From positions 168 to 64,167 of the forward strand of contig CALFEP010000306.1 in NCBI GenBank assembly GCA_937950125.1: DNA of 64,000 bases, given 5' to 3'. The notes below the pieces were generated by a model that did no database searches, was not told the origin of the DNA, and saw nothing but the letters and a program-made list of their open reading frames with translations. This stretch comes from an uncultured Bacteroidota bacterium (GTDB taxonomy: Bacteria > Bacteroidota > Bacteroidia > Bacteroidales > 4484-276). Numbering within the stretch: position 1 is the first letter of the stretch; each line of letters begins with the position of its first letter. The translations under genes and the position numbers were made by a program. Shown piece by piece: positions 1 to 10,600 of this stretch.

Positions 1-1
1 T

Positions 2-556
2 GTTGGTTTACAGGAATATAGCGGTAAATACTTCATCCTTGCCAAAATTGACTGCTCGCAAACGGTTGATTCGGTTTACCTTTTTTACAAATTGAAAAAT
101 GAGCCGGAATTTACGCGCGTGGAAATGATACCAGGCTGCCCGTTTCACACGGGTCTGATTTTCAACAGCAACCTCAACGACACCATACATTATTACATAT
201 CAGCCACTTACAACGGCGACCTGGTTTCGGTCCCTCCACAGGCGCCCAATGGTTGGTACACGTTCTGGTGCCAGCCTACCGTTGGCGAATATGAGGAGGA
301 AATTTCTTCGCAATCCGACATTCACATTGTTCCAAATCCATCCAACGGCAATTTTTCATTATATCCCAATCAAAAAACAGAAAATCAGCATCTTATTGAG
401 ATTTTCAATCAAATGGGCCAGTTAGTGTTCAAAGAAAAATTAATCCACGAAGGAACCCTTTCCCTGAATCTTTCTGATCAGCTCAGGCCAGGATTTTATG
501 TTTTAAAAATTGGCCAGAAGCAAAATTCATTTGTTAAGAACCTTATCATTCAATAA
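2..556 (+). CDS. T9SS type A sorting domain-containing secreted protein, 5'-truncated by the window edge
   Basis: Frame is open from base 2 (VGLQEYSGKYF...), so the TTG at 92 is not the true start. The C-terminus has a Por-secretion CTD pattern (IVPNPSNG...IFNQMGQLV...GFYVLKI...KNLIIQ). Confidence 0.8.
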   Translation, partial: VGLQEYSGKYFILAKIDCSQTVDSVYLFYKLKNEPEFTRVEMIPGCPFHTGLIFNSNLNDTIHYYISATYNGDLVSVPPQAPNGWYTFWCQPTVGEYEEEISSQSDIHIVPNPSNGNFSLYPNQKTENQHLIEIFNQMGQLVFKEKLIHEGTLSLNLSDQLRPGFYVLKIGQKQNSFVKNLIIQ

Positions 557-569
557 TTCCTCAGGATTT

Positions 570-1283
570 ATGCCGCTTTTCCAGTTGGTTGATGAACTGA
601 TATTTCCACACCCGTTGCGGGCAGATGATGATGGATTATTAGCTATTGGCGGCGATTTGAGTGTTGAAAGGTTATTGTTAGCCTACTCAAATGGCATTTT
701 TCCCTGGTTTAGCAATGGTTCACCCATTCTTTGGTGGTTTACTCATCCCAGGATGGTACTGTTCCCGGATAAAATGAAAATTTCGGCTTCTTTAAAACAA
801 ACCATAAACAGTAAAAAATTTACGGTTACTTTTGACCAGTGTTTTCGGGAAGTGATCGGAAATTGTGCAAAAGCGCCGCGTCATGGTGAAAATGGCACCT
901 GGATCACCCCCGAAATTAAGGAGGCATACATGAAATTGCACCTTGAAGGTTATGCACATTCCGTGGAAACCTGGTATGAGGGAGAGTTGGCGGGTGGGCT
1001 TTATGGAGTTTCTTTAGGACGTGTGTTTTATGGCGAGTCGATGTTTTTCAAAGTCAGGGATGCCTCAAAGGTGGCTTTGTTTTATCTTGTTCAGTTTTTA
1101 AAGTCATTGGATTTCATGGTAATTGATGCTCAACAGGATACACCACATTTGAGGAAACTGGGCGCAGAATTGTTACCAGGCAGGGAATTTTTAAAAATAC
1201 TTGAACAATCAGCAAAATTTCCGACTTTAAAAGGTTCATGGAATAATGAAAATGAAACATTTACAAAAATTATTAAAATATAA
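570..1283 (+). CDS. aat: Leucyl/phenylalanyl-tRNA--protein transferase
   Basis: Motifs GLLAIGGDLS, AYSNGIFPW, GYAHSVETW, FYGESMF, DASKVA, IDAQ. Likely start is ATG 570; the ORF-track start at 510 overlaps the upstream gene. Confidence 0.95.
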   Translation: MPLFQLVDELIFPHPLRADDDGLLAIGGDLSVERLLLAYSNGIFPWFSNGSPILWWFTHPRMVLFPDKMKISASLKQTINSKKFTVTFDQCFREVIGNCAKAPRHGENGTWITPEIKEAYMKLHLEGYAHSVETWYEGELAGGLYGVSLGRVFYGESMFFKVRDASKVALFYLVQFLKSLDFMVIDAQQDTPHLRKLGAELLPGREFLKILEQSAKFPTLKGSWNNENETFTKIIKI

Positions 1284-1295
1284 AAATTAAAGACG

Positions 1296-1667
1296 ATGAA
1301 TTTTGAAATTACAGGTAAACTAATCGAAAAGTACAAAACCACCCAGGTTACCGACAGGTTTCGCAAACGGGAGTTTGTGATTGAAAAAAGAGAGATGGCC
1401 AGCTTTGGCGAAACAGTGGAAACCATTAAGTTCCAACTCAACCAGGATAAATGTGAGATTATTGAAAACCTTAATATTGGCGAGGATGTGAAAATTAACT
1501 TTTCCATCCGTGGACGCAGGTGGGAAAAAGACGGTCAGGTGAATTATTTCAATAACCTGGAAGCCTGGAAAGTAGAGAAAATAGCCATGACGCAGGAAGC
1601 GCCACCACCACCTCCGCCTACCATGGACGACATTCCACCCGAACCGACTGACGATTTGCCCTTTTAA
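1296..1667 (+). CDS. DUF3127 family OB-fold/SSB-like protein with an acidic DDLPF tail
   Basis: FRKREFVI, KFQLNQDKC, FSIRGRRW, YFNNLEAW pattern, then a Pro-rich linker and terminal DDLPF. Confidence 0.85.
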   Translation: MNFEITGKLIEKYKTTQVTDRFRKREFVIEKREMASFGETVETIKFQLNQDKCEIIENLNIGEDVKINFSIRGRRWEKDGQVNYFNNLEAWKVEKIAMTQEAPPPPPPTMDDIPPEPTDDLPF

Positions 1668-1686
1668 CCGGCAAACAGCATGACTT

Positions 1687-2367
1687 ATGAAAGAAGTGAA
1701 TTCAGGTAAAAGCGCTATTTTATTTGGAGCTACCGGACTTGTCGGAAACGAATTGCTAAAAATACTCTGTGCTTCGGAAAGGTATGCTTCCGTAAAGACC
1801 TTTAGCCGCCGGACATCAGGTCTCAGCAACGCAAAACTGACTGAATTGATCAATCCGCTTGTTGATCCGAACGAAATCAGTGATGAAATTAAAGGTGATG
1901 ACTTGTTTTGCTGTCTCGGCACAACCATCAAAAAAGCGGGCAGCAGGGAGGTTTTCAGAAATATCGATATGGAACTGCCGGTAACACTTGCAAAAATTGC
2001 CCAAAAAAATCAGGTGAAGAAATTTATTGTTGTTTCTTCAGTTGGCGCAAATGCAGGAAGCCGTAACTTTTATCTGCAAACAAAGGGCGAAATGGAAAAG
2101 CAGGTTTCTGAAACAAACATTCCTGATATTATCATCGTCCGCCCCTCGATGCTGTTAGGAAAGCGCAATGAATTCAGGTTTGGTGAAATCATGGGAAAAG
2201 CCGTAATGAAAGCTTTTTCGCCATTATTAACCGGAAAGCTAAAAAAATACCGGGGTATAAAGGCCGAAACTGTGGCTATGGCAATGCTCAACCTGGCCAA
2301 CGCCAACGAAAACCAGGAAATTTTTGAATCGGATGAACTGGAAGTGTGGGGAAAGGACCATGTTTGA
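1687..2367 (+). CDS. NAD(P)-binding Rossmann oxidoreductase (HTATIP2/CC3-like, atypical SDR)
   Basis: GATGLVG, FCCLGTTIKKAGS, VSSVGA, YLQTKG, RPSMLLG. Confidence 0.85.
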   Translation: MKEVNSGKSAILFGATGLVGNELLKILCASERYASVKTFSRRTSGLSNAKLTELINPLVDPNEISDEIKGDDLFCCLGTTIKKAGSREVFRNIDMELPVTLAKIAQKNQVKKFIVVSSVGANAGSRNFYLQTKGEMEKQVSETNIPDIIIVRPSMLLGKRNEFRFGEIMGKAVMKAFSPLLTGKLKKYRGIKAETVAMAMLNLANANENQEIFESDELEVWGKDHV

Positions 2368-2603
2368 ATTTCGCTGAGAAAAAAAGGATTCATTTTTTTT
2401 AAAGCGAAACATGTTTACTCCCCGGGATAAGCTTAGTAAACCGTCAGGCAGAGCAATTTTGTTGATACGGCGTTCATATACCCTTTTTTTACGTTGAAAA
2501 AAGGGCGGTTTCGATGAAAAAAACGCTTGGATGGAAAGATTCCCAACGATATGCTTTCTTAATCCGTGGCTTACCCGTTGCCTTTTCATTCTATCAAAAA
2601 CAC

Positions 2604-2611
2604 TACTTTTG
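2604..2611 (+). promoter_or_regulatory. Bacteroidota housekeeping promoter -7 element (TACTTTTG) for pcrA
   Basis: Matches TAnnTTTG, 19 nt upstream of GTG 2631. Confidence 0.55.
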
Positions 2612-2630
2612 GCACTCAAAAATTTTTGAT

Positions 2631-4937
2631 GTGAACGATTTTTTAAACGATTTAAACGAAGCCCAGCGAAAGGCAGTTGTGCACCTTGAAGGCCCGGCGA
2701 TGGTAATTGCAGGCGCTGGTTCCGGAAAAACCAGGGTGCTTACCTACCGTGTGGCCTATTTGCTTACCCGCGGGGTTGACCCACACCAGATACTTGCACT
2801 TACGTTTACCAATAAGGCGGCCCGCGAAATGAAGGAACGCATTTTGAAACTGGTTGGAAATACCGATGCGCATAGTGTTTGGATGGGTACCTTTCACGCG
2901 GTTTTTGCCAGGATTCTGCGGGTTGAAGGCCATCACCTGGGTTACCCGTCAAACTATACCATTTACGACACCGACGATAGTAAGAGCCTAATCCGCAGTA
3001 TTTTAAAAGAGCAGGGGCTCGACAGCAAAATCTACCAGCCTGGTTACATCTTGGGGCGAATTTCTGCGGCAAAAAGCAACCTTATTTCAAGTGAGGATTA
3101 CAACAGCAATGATGAATTAATTGCTCAGGACAAAGCTTCGGGTAAACCACTGATGGGAATCATTTTCTCGACTTACAATGCCCGCTGCAAGCGGGCATCG
3201 GCCATGGATTTCGACGATCTGCTGTTCAACATGAACCTGCTGTTGCGCGATAACCCGGAGATTTTGCTCAAATACCAGCAGAAATTCAGATACATTCTGG
3301 TGGATGAATACCAGGATACCAACTATGCTCAGTATCTGATTGTGAAAAAACTGGCTGCCCGTCATGAAAACATTTGCGTGGTTGGCGACGATGCCCAGAG
3401 TATTTATGGATTCAGGGGGGCAAACATCCAGAATATCCTGAATTTCAAAAAAGACTACCCCGACCAGAAAACATTTAAGCTGGAACAAAATTACCGCTCG
3501 ACAAAAAACATCGTCAATGCTGCCAATAGTGTAATTGTTCACAACAGAGAGCAGATTTTCAAGAAAATATGGACCGACAACGAAGAAGGCAACCGGTTGA
3601 AATTAATGCGTGCCACCAGCGATACAGAAGAAGGTAACCTGGTGGCCAACTCGATTTTCGAAATCAAAATGAACAACCAGCTGCCCAACAGCGATTTTGC
3701 TATTTTGTACCGCACCAATGCTCAGTCCCGATCGATGGAAGAAGCTTTGCGCCGGCTCAACATTCCGTACAGGATTTATGGTGGATTGTCCTTCTACAAA
3801 CGCAAAGAAATCAAGGATTTATTAGCCTATTTCAGGGTTGTCGTCAATCCTGCCGATGAAGAATCGCTAAAAAGAATCATCAACTACCCCGCACGTGGCA
3901 TCGGTCAGACGACCATCGACAAACTGGTCGTAGCTTCCGACGAGCTGAAGACCAGCCTTTGGGACGTCCTTATCAATATTGAAAAGCTTTCTCTTGACAT
4001 AAATACAGGCATCAAAACCCGTATCGCAAATTTTGTTACCATGATGAAACGTTTCATGGTGCAGAACAAAAACCGTAATGCCTTCGAGCTGGCTTCCGAA
4101 ATTGCCAAAGCGTCGGGCATCCTGAAAGATCTGGATGAGGACAAAACCCCTGAAGGTATCAGCAGGATTGAAAACCTTGAGGAGTTGCTTAACGGGATCA
4201 AGGAATTTGCTGAAAACGAAATCGAAATCATGTTGTCCGACGGCGACACCTCCGTGCGTACTTTAGACAAATACCTCCAGGAAATTTCGCTGCTCACCGA
4301 CTCGGATTCTGAGGATAAAGACGACAACAACAAGGTTTCGCTGATGACCATTCACAGTGCCAAGGGTCTTGAGTTTCCTTACGTTTACGTGGTTGGGATG
4401 GAGGAAAACCTCTTTCCATCCATCATGTCGCTGCAATCGAGGCAGGATTTGGAGGAAGAACGCCGACTGTTTTATGTTGCCCTCACCAGAGCCGAAAAGG
4501 GCGCCATACTTTCGTATGCCGAAAATCGCTACCGCTGGGGTAATCTTACCAGTTGCGAGCCCAGTCGTTTCCTGGAGGAAATCGATGCTGCATTGATCGA
4601 ACTTCCCCGCAAAGTAGGTTTTCACCCGAGCGATCATCACAAGTTCAGGTCAAACAATGATCAAGCTGCAAAGCCTGCTGTTTCAGGATTAGGCGCTGAT
4701 CGTTTGAAAAAAACAGACAAACCGTCGTCAGCAGCTGATGAAAGTAAAATTCCGTTTGAAGAATCGGACAGCAACATGATAATGACTGGCATGCAAGTGG
4801 AGCATCACAGGTTTGGGCAGGGAAAAGTGATCAGCATCGAAGGCTATGGACCAAACCGTAAAGCCACGGTGTTTTTTCCGGAGGTAGGACAAAAACAGTT
4901 GTTGTTGAAGTTTGCACGGTTGCGAATTGTGGAATAA
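2631..4937 (+). CDS. pcrA: ATP-dependent DNA helicase PcrA/UvrD (SF1A)
   Basis: AGAGSGKT, ALTFTNKAA, DEYQD, VGDDAQSIYGFRGA, LEQNYRS, MTIHSAKGLEF, EERRLFYVALTRA, plus a C-terminal Tudor-like domain (VEHHRFGQGKV). Likely start is GTG 2631 (track: 2514). Confidence 0.95.
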   Translation: MNDFLNDLNEAQRKAVVHLEGPAMVIAGAGSGKTRVLTYRVAYLLTRGVDPHQILALTFTNKAAREMKERILKLVGNTDAHSVWMGTFHAVFARILRVEGHHLGYPSNYTIYDTDDSKSLIRSILKEQGLDSKIYQPGYILGRISAAKSNLISSEDYNSNDELIAQDKASGKPLMGIIFSTYNARCKRASAMDFDDLLFNMNLLLRDNPEILLKYQQKFRYILVDEYQDTNYAQYLIVKKLAARHENICVVGDDAQSIYGFRGANIQNILNFKKDYPDQKTFKLEQNYRSTKNIVNAANSVIVHNREQIFKKIWTDNEEGNRLKLMRATSDTEEGNLVANSIFEIKMNNQLPNSDFAILYRTNAQSRSMEEALRRLNIPYRIYGGLSFYKRKEIKDLLAYFRVVVNPADEESLKRIINYPARGIGQTTIDKLVVASDELKTSLWDVLINIEKLSLDINTGIKTRIANFVTMMKRFMVQNKNRNAFELASEIAKASGILKDLDEDKTPEGISRIENLEELLNGIKEFAENEIEIMLSDGDTSVRTLDKYLQEISLLTDSDSEDKDDNNKVSLMTIHSAKGLEFPYVYVVGMEENLFPSIMSLQSRQDLEEERRLFYVALTRAEKGAILSYAENRYRWGNLTSCEPSRFLEEIDAALIELPRKVGFHPSDHHKFRSNNDQAAKPAVSGLGADRLKKTDKPSSAADESKIPFEESDSNMIMTGMQVEHHRFGQGKVISIEGYGPNRKATVFFPEVGQKQLLLKFARLRIVE

Positions 4938-5031
4938 AATCAATGTTTGGCGATGCTGTTTGATGTAAAAATTGCCTGAAAATTACACTCTTTAAAGATG
5001 CAGGTATTTGTTTTTACAAAATGTCGAAAAT

Positions 5032-7671
5032 ATGGATGCGTTGATAATCAAACAGGTAAAAGAAAAGTTATTTCAACTGGCTGCTCAGCCGGCAACTGGA
5101 ACCCTCGCTTACAGACAAGGTCAAAACCTTTACGTCAATGGGCAAATCAACCTTTTGTCGCACTCCGGTATTCAGTATGATTTTGTTGTTGATGATCATC
5201 ATGGCGATTTTTATGTAAATATTAGCACCGAAAAAGATATCGTTGCGGAGTGTACCTGCAAAAGCAGGCACTTGTGCAGGCATCAGGCAGCTGCACTAAT
5301 GCAGTTGCACGAACTTTTGAAACTCCAGGAAGAAGCCACACCAACCGAAGGAATTAAATATTCACGCAAGGGAATGATGAAACGCGTGGTGGAGGAACGG
5401 GTTGAGAAAGCCCAACGGGCAAATTACAAAATTGAGTTTGCCGACAACATCTATGGCGAACATCACCTGACCAACGAAAAAGGGCTTACCTATCGACTCA
5501 CATTCCGCGACCTTGAGCGAAAACACGGGTACTGTTCCTGTCCCGACTATGGCACCAACAAACTTGGAACCTGCAAACACCTGATCTATGCCTTCGAAAA
5601 CCTTAACCGGAATATGGCAATTGTTCCTGAAGTGCTGCCTGTTTATCCGTTTATCGAAGTATTTTTGAATCCATTCAGAGAACTGAAAATCAGTTGGTTT
5701 TACCCTGAGAAACCCATTGGGGCTGTAGCTGAACTGCTGTACCGTTATTTTGGAAATAAAAATTACATCGAAGATGACCAGGTTGAACAATTTCTGGGTT
5801 TTTTGAACAATGCCAGTGGTTTCAAACAAATTCTTGTTCGCCCCGAGGTGATGAAAAAGGTTGAAAAAGCCCACGAAGCTGCTGCCCTGAAGCAAATTTC
5901 GAAAAATGCCCACTTCGATTTTTCATTATTGAACAAGCCACTGCTCCCTTACCAGGAAACCGGCGTTCAGTTTGTTACTTTTAAAACGGGAGCAATACTG
6001 GCCGACGAAATCGGGCTCGACAAAACCTCACAGGCCATCGCCGCTGCCATCATGAAAAAACAGTTTCTGGGCTTTCGCAGCACACTTGTTATCTGCCCGT
6101 CATCCCTAAAAATTACCTGGAAAAACACCATCGAAAGCCTGACAAACGAACATGCTATTATCGTGCAGGGAACAACCGAAGAACGAACCCTTTTGTACCA
6201 ATCGGGTGAGGCCTTTTTCAAGATTGTAAATTTCGATACCCTGGTTCGCGATCAGCATATCATCCGCCTGTTTCCACCAGATTTGGTAACCATCGACGAT
6301 GCGCAGAAAATTAAAAACTACACCACGGTAACCTCTTCTGCTATAAAATCGATACCCCGCAGGCATACCCTTTTACTCACCAGCTCGCCGCCCGAAAGCG
6401 ATCTGCTTGAACTTTACTCGCTGGTTTTATTTGTTGACCAGGAATTGCTCACGCCTCTGTGGGAGTTTTCGTATCAGCATTGCTACTTCAATCCTGAAAA
6501 CAAAAACAAGGTTGTGGGATATTACGATCTGGATGTTTTGTGGCAAAGGATTAATAAAATAGTACTCCGACGTACAAAAAGTGAAGTCATAAAGCAGTTG
6601 CCTCAAATAATCAACCTTGATGTTCCTGTGAAAACCGATACGCGCCAGGTAAGTCTTCAAATAAAATTTGCATCAGAAGCATTGTCAGTTTTAAGCCAAA
6701 ATATCATCACACCATACGATGTCCGGAAACTCAGCATTTTATTTGAAAAATTGCGCATGACTGCTTCCTCAGTCTCCCTCGTCGAGGAATCCGCAAAAAC
6801 AGCACCCAAAACCGATGAATTGAAAAATATACTGGTTGACAAACTCCGGAACCCTGGCATAGAAAATAAGGTGGTAATCATCACATCATGGCAAAAAATG
6901 TCGAACCTGATTCAGCGTATGCTCCGTATTCAACGGATCAATTTTGTTGAAATTCAGCCTGATATGCCCTCTCATAAAAAAAAGGAACTCGCATTGATGT
7001 TCGGAAAAAATCAGGATGTAAATGTTTTGCTCACAACCGATGACAACGCCAAAGCCATTAATTTTCAACTGGTTGATACCATAATAAACTTTGATATTTC
7101 AGAAAACACCTATTCAAGAAACCACTGGCCAGGAACCATCGACCCGTTGGTAAACCGCAACAAAAGCCTCACCATCATCAACCTTATTTCCGAAAACTCG
7201 GTGGAGGAAATTTTTCGATCCTATCCGGATAACCATAACCTGGCCATTCACAATCTTGCAGCCATCCAGGCTGTTGTTGACGATGGCAAGATCAGGGATT
7301 TCTGGGTTGATAAACTCTCAAATCTGTTGATGATTTTGCAAAACCTTCCTTTGCCCTTTGACGAAAGTACTGAAAAACCTGCAGACGGCAGGCAGATGCT
7401 GATGGATTTTGAGGATGATGCCGATTACCCGCACGACTACCGCGCAGTAATTTTAAGCGGGACGAATCCGGAAATACTGCCTGAAACCAAAACTGAAAAT
7501 CCTGAATTTGACAAAGAAATAATGGAAAAAGCAGTAAAAGGCGGCATTTCAATCATTTCGGAACTTTACAAAGCATCAACCGGCGCCGAAATTCAGCTTT
7601 TAAACGAATCATTGACCATTAATTCTGATACAAACGAAATTATTATCCGACTGAAAAAGGTTAAAAAGTGA
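5032..7671 (+). CDS. SWIM zinc-finger + SNF2-family helicase-like protein with degenerate ATPase motifs
   Basis: SWIM motifs CTCKSRHLCRH and CSCPDYGTNKLGTCKH. SNF2 scaffold LLPYQETGV, ILADEIGLDKT, VICPSSLK, IDDAQKIKN, LRRTKSEV. Likely start is ATG 5032. Confidence 0.85.
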   Translation: MDALIIKQVKEKLFQLAAQPATGTLAYRQGQNLYVNGQINLLSHSGIQYDFVVDDHHGDFYVNISTEKDIVAECTCKSRHLCRHQAAALMQLHELLKLQEEATPTEGIKYSRKGMMKRVVEERVEKAQRANYKIEFADNIYGEHHLTNEKGLTYRLTFRDLERKHGYCSCPDYGTNKLGTCKHLIYAFENLNRNMAIVPEVLPVYPFIEVFLNPFRELKISWFYPEKPIGAVAELLYRYFGNKNYIEDDQVEQFLGFLNNASGFKQILVRPEVMKKVEKAHEAAALKQISKNAHFDFSLLNKPLLPYQETGVQFVTFKTGAILADEIGLDKTSQAIAAAIMKKQFLGFRSTLVICPSSLKITWKNTIESLTNEHAIIVQGTTEERTLLYQSGEAFFKIVNFDTLVRDQHIIRLFPPDLVTIDDAQKIKNYTTVTSSAIKSIPRRHTLLLTSSPPESDLLELYSLVLFVDQELLTPLWEFSYQHCYFNPENKNKVVGYYDLDVLWQRINKIVLRRTKSEVIKQLPQIINLDVPVKTDTRQVSLQIKFASEALSVLSQNIITPYDVRKLSILFEKLRMTASSVSLVEESAKTAPKTDELKNILVDKLRNPGIENKVVIITSWQKMSNLIQRMLRIQRINFVEIQPDMPSHKKKELALMFGKNQDVNVLLTTDDNAKAINFQLVDTIINFDISENTYSRNHWPGTIDPLVNRNKSLTIINLISENSVEEIFRSYPDNHNLAIHNLAAIQAVVDDGKIRDFWVDKLSNLLMILQNLPLPFDESTEKPADGRQMLMDFEDDADYPHDYRAVILSGTNPEILPETKTENPEFDKEIMEKAVKGGISIISELYKASTGAEIQLLNESLTINSDTNEIIIRLKKVKK

Positions 7672-7697
7672 CATACTTTTTTATCTTTGTCATCAAT

Positions 7698-10600
7698 ATG
7701 AACCAAAAAACAATCATAAATTGTCTTTTTATTATCGTTTTTTCAATTTTGCCAGGTTTTCTTTTGGCACAAACAGCCGACCAGTGGCTTGATCAGCCTG
7801 TTTTCAATAAACTAAATGCACAGGAAGGCCTGTCTCAAGGCAGGATTTCTGACATCATTCAGGACAGCGCCGGATTTATGTGGTTTGGCACACGCGATGG
7901 ATTGAACCGGTGGGATGGTTATTCCATGCAGGTTTATAAAAATTCACCCGGCAACCCAAATTCAATTCAATCCAACATTATCGAAAAAATATTGATGGAT
8001 AATAAAGGCGTACTTTGGATTCTGACAGGAAAAGGCCTTTGTAAACACCAACCAGGCACCGACATCTTTACCCCTTATGAAATACCGGGCAAAATAGATG
8101 AATCGAAGATTTTTGACTTTAATTTCGATAGAGCAGGAAAACTATTGTTGGCTACCCACGCCCAAGGCCTGATCGAAATAGATACTGCCACTCTAAAATT
8201 GACAGAATACAACCTTTCAGGTGTTCTTGATGCAAATGATGATATCCGCCTGATATTTGTCAGCAAAGACAATAAAGTATGGTTGAGCAAGCGCAAAGGT
8301 GGCGCCCTTTTATTCGACCGCACCGTTAAAACTCCGGTGTCAATTAAATCCCTATTAAAACAAACCTTGAATATCGACTTACATTACATCACGTCAATCG
8401 TCGAAGATAATGACAACAATTTGTGGATGGGAACCGGAGATACCGGGCTAATTTTTGTTGATACCAAAAAATTGGCTTTAAAAAGTTTTTTCTTTCTTGA
8501 GAATGGAGATTATTTGCAGGGAAGAGTGATTTTGGATTTGATGTACTGTGATGATGATAATATTTGGATTGGCACTGATTCCGAAGGACTTGTATGTTTC
8601 AACATTAAAAATCATATTGTCAGGCAATTCAGGGAAGGCGAAACCGAAAACAATCTTCTATACAAGACCATCAGTTCGCTGTATTTCGACAGAAGCGGTA
8701 ATTTGTGGATCGGTACCAACGGCAAAGGATTGAATATCCTTAGCCCATTTTCCAAAAAGTTTTATTCGGTTACAAAAAACACAGCATCCACCCTGAATCT
8801 GAGTTTTGAAAGCGTCAGGTCAATTTATGAAGACAAAGACAATATTCTGTGGGTGGGAGGTTACAGCGGGATGCAACGAATTGATTTTCAAAAAAACACA
8901 TCAGAACTTGCAGCGCCACACGTAATCTATTCGATTTGCCCCGACCCTGAAGATGATAACATTTTGTGGCTTGGCACCGAAGGTGGAGGTTTGAAACAAT
9001 TTGATAAATCCAACCGACAATTAACAGCGTTGCCGGTTTATAATGAATATGGTGAAAAACCCTTATCCGATGATATGCTTCATGGATACCGGATTTACGA
9101 CATCCTTGCCGCTCCCGACAACCGTTTACTCATCGCCACAGCTCAGGGGCTCAATGTTTTTAATCCCAGAACGAAAACGTTCAGGTTTCTCAAAATTAAT
9201 TTGCCTGACCCGTCGTACATGATCGAAAGCGGATTGACTACCATTTATTATGACAGCCATAATTGCCTGTGGTTAGGCACTTTTACCGAAGGTTTGATAA
9301 AAATGAACAGCGATTTTTCCGCCGCCAAAAACTTTACCAACAAGCCCGAAAAGCAGGATTTGCCTGGTAACAGGGTAAACTGTATTCATGAAGACAGCCA
9401 GGGAAGATTCTGGATTGCAACCAATATGGGGCTGTGTATGATGGACAGGGATACCGAAAGTTTTACTACTTACACCGAAGCCGAAGGGCTGCCCAACAAC
9501 ACCGTTTACGGAATACTCGAAGACAGCCTGGGGCACTTGTGGTTGAGCACCAATAACGGGATTTCCAATTTCAACCCCAATGAAAAAACCTTTAAAAATT
9601 ATAATCAGTCCGACGGTCTGCCAGGTAATGAGTTTAACTCGGCTGCTTACTTTCAGTACAACAAATCAAGGCTCTATTTTGGAGGCGTCGATGGTTTGGT
9701 GGCTTTCAACCCTCAAAATGTAGTATCGGACGAGGAACCACCAGCGATGAATTTCACCAGAATGAAAATCTTTTATTCTGACACGGTTTACAATATCAAT
9801 TTATCCAACAAATCCTACGTTGAAATAAATCCAAATGCAATCCTGCTTGAAATCGAGTTTTCAGCTTTTAATTTTATCAATCCATACGATTGCAGTTATG
9901 CTTATCAGTTTGGCGAAAAAACGCTGGATTGGATAAATCTCGGAAACAAACGAATCATCACCCTTACAAACCCTTCACATGGTGAGTATGTTATTAATAT
10001 TAAAGCTTCTAACAGCGATGGCTTTTGGAATAACGATCCAAAGACCCTAAGAATCCTCGTACTCCCGGAGTTTTACCAAACACTTTGGTTTCGCATCATG
10101 ATAATTACAGTTATCCTTGCGGGTATTGTGTTTGTTTTTTACCTCAAACAAATTATCCATGCGCAACAGCAAAAAAAATTACAACTTCTCATCGAGCAAC
10201 GCACCAGGGAACTAAGTGCTGCAAATATTGAACTTAACCGCGCAAATGCTTCAAAAGACAAGTTTTTTTCCATCATCGCACACGATCTGAAAAATCCATT
10301 CAACTCTTTGTTAGGGTTTACCGATCTGTTGGTTGATGAATGGAAAAAAATGAACGACAATGAAAAACATGACATCGTTAAAATTCTGAAAAATACTATT
10401 GAAAACACTTATGATTTGCTCCTGAATTTATTGGAATGGTCGAAGTTGCAAAGAAAAAAGTCGTTGCCAGTGCCCGAGCAATTCAAAATTTCAGAAGTAA
10501 TTGATGATATTGTTTCTCAACTCAACGTTATCAGCGAATTAAAAAACATCAGCATCGAAACAGAAATCATTAAAGATCAATGGATTTATTATGATCTTAC

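Noticed and set aside
2481-2505. CCCTTTTTT-7nt-AAAAAAGGG hairpin upstream of pcrA
   Set aside because: Mostly A-T pairs with no clear U-tract; too weak to call a terminator.
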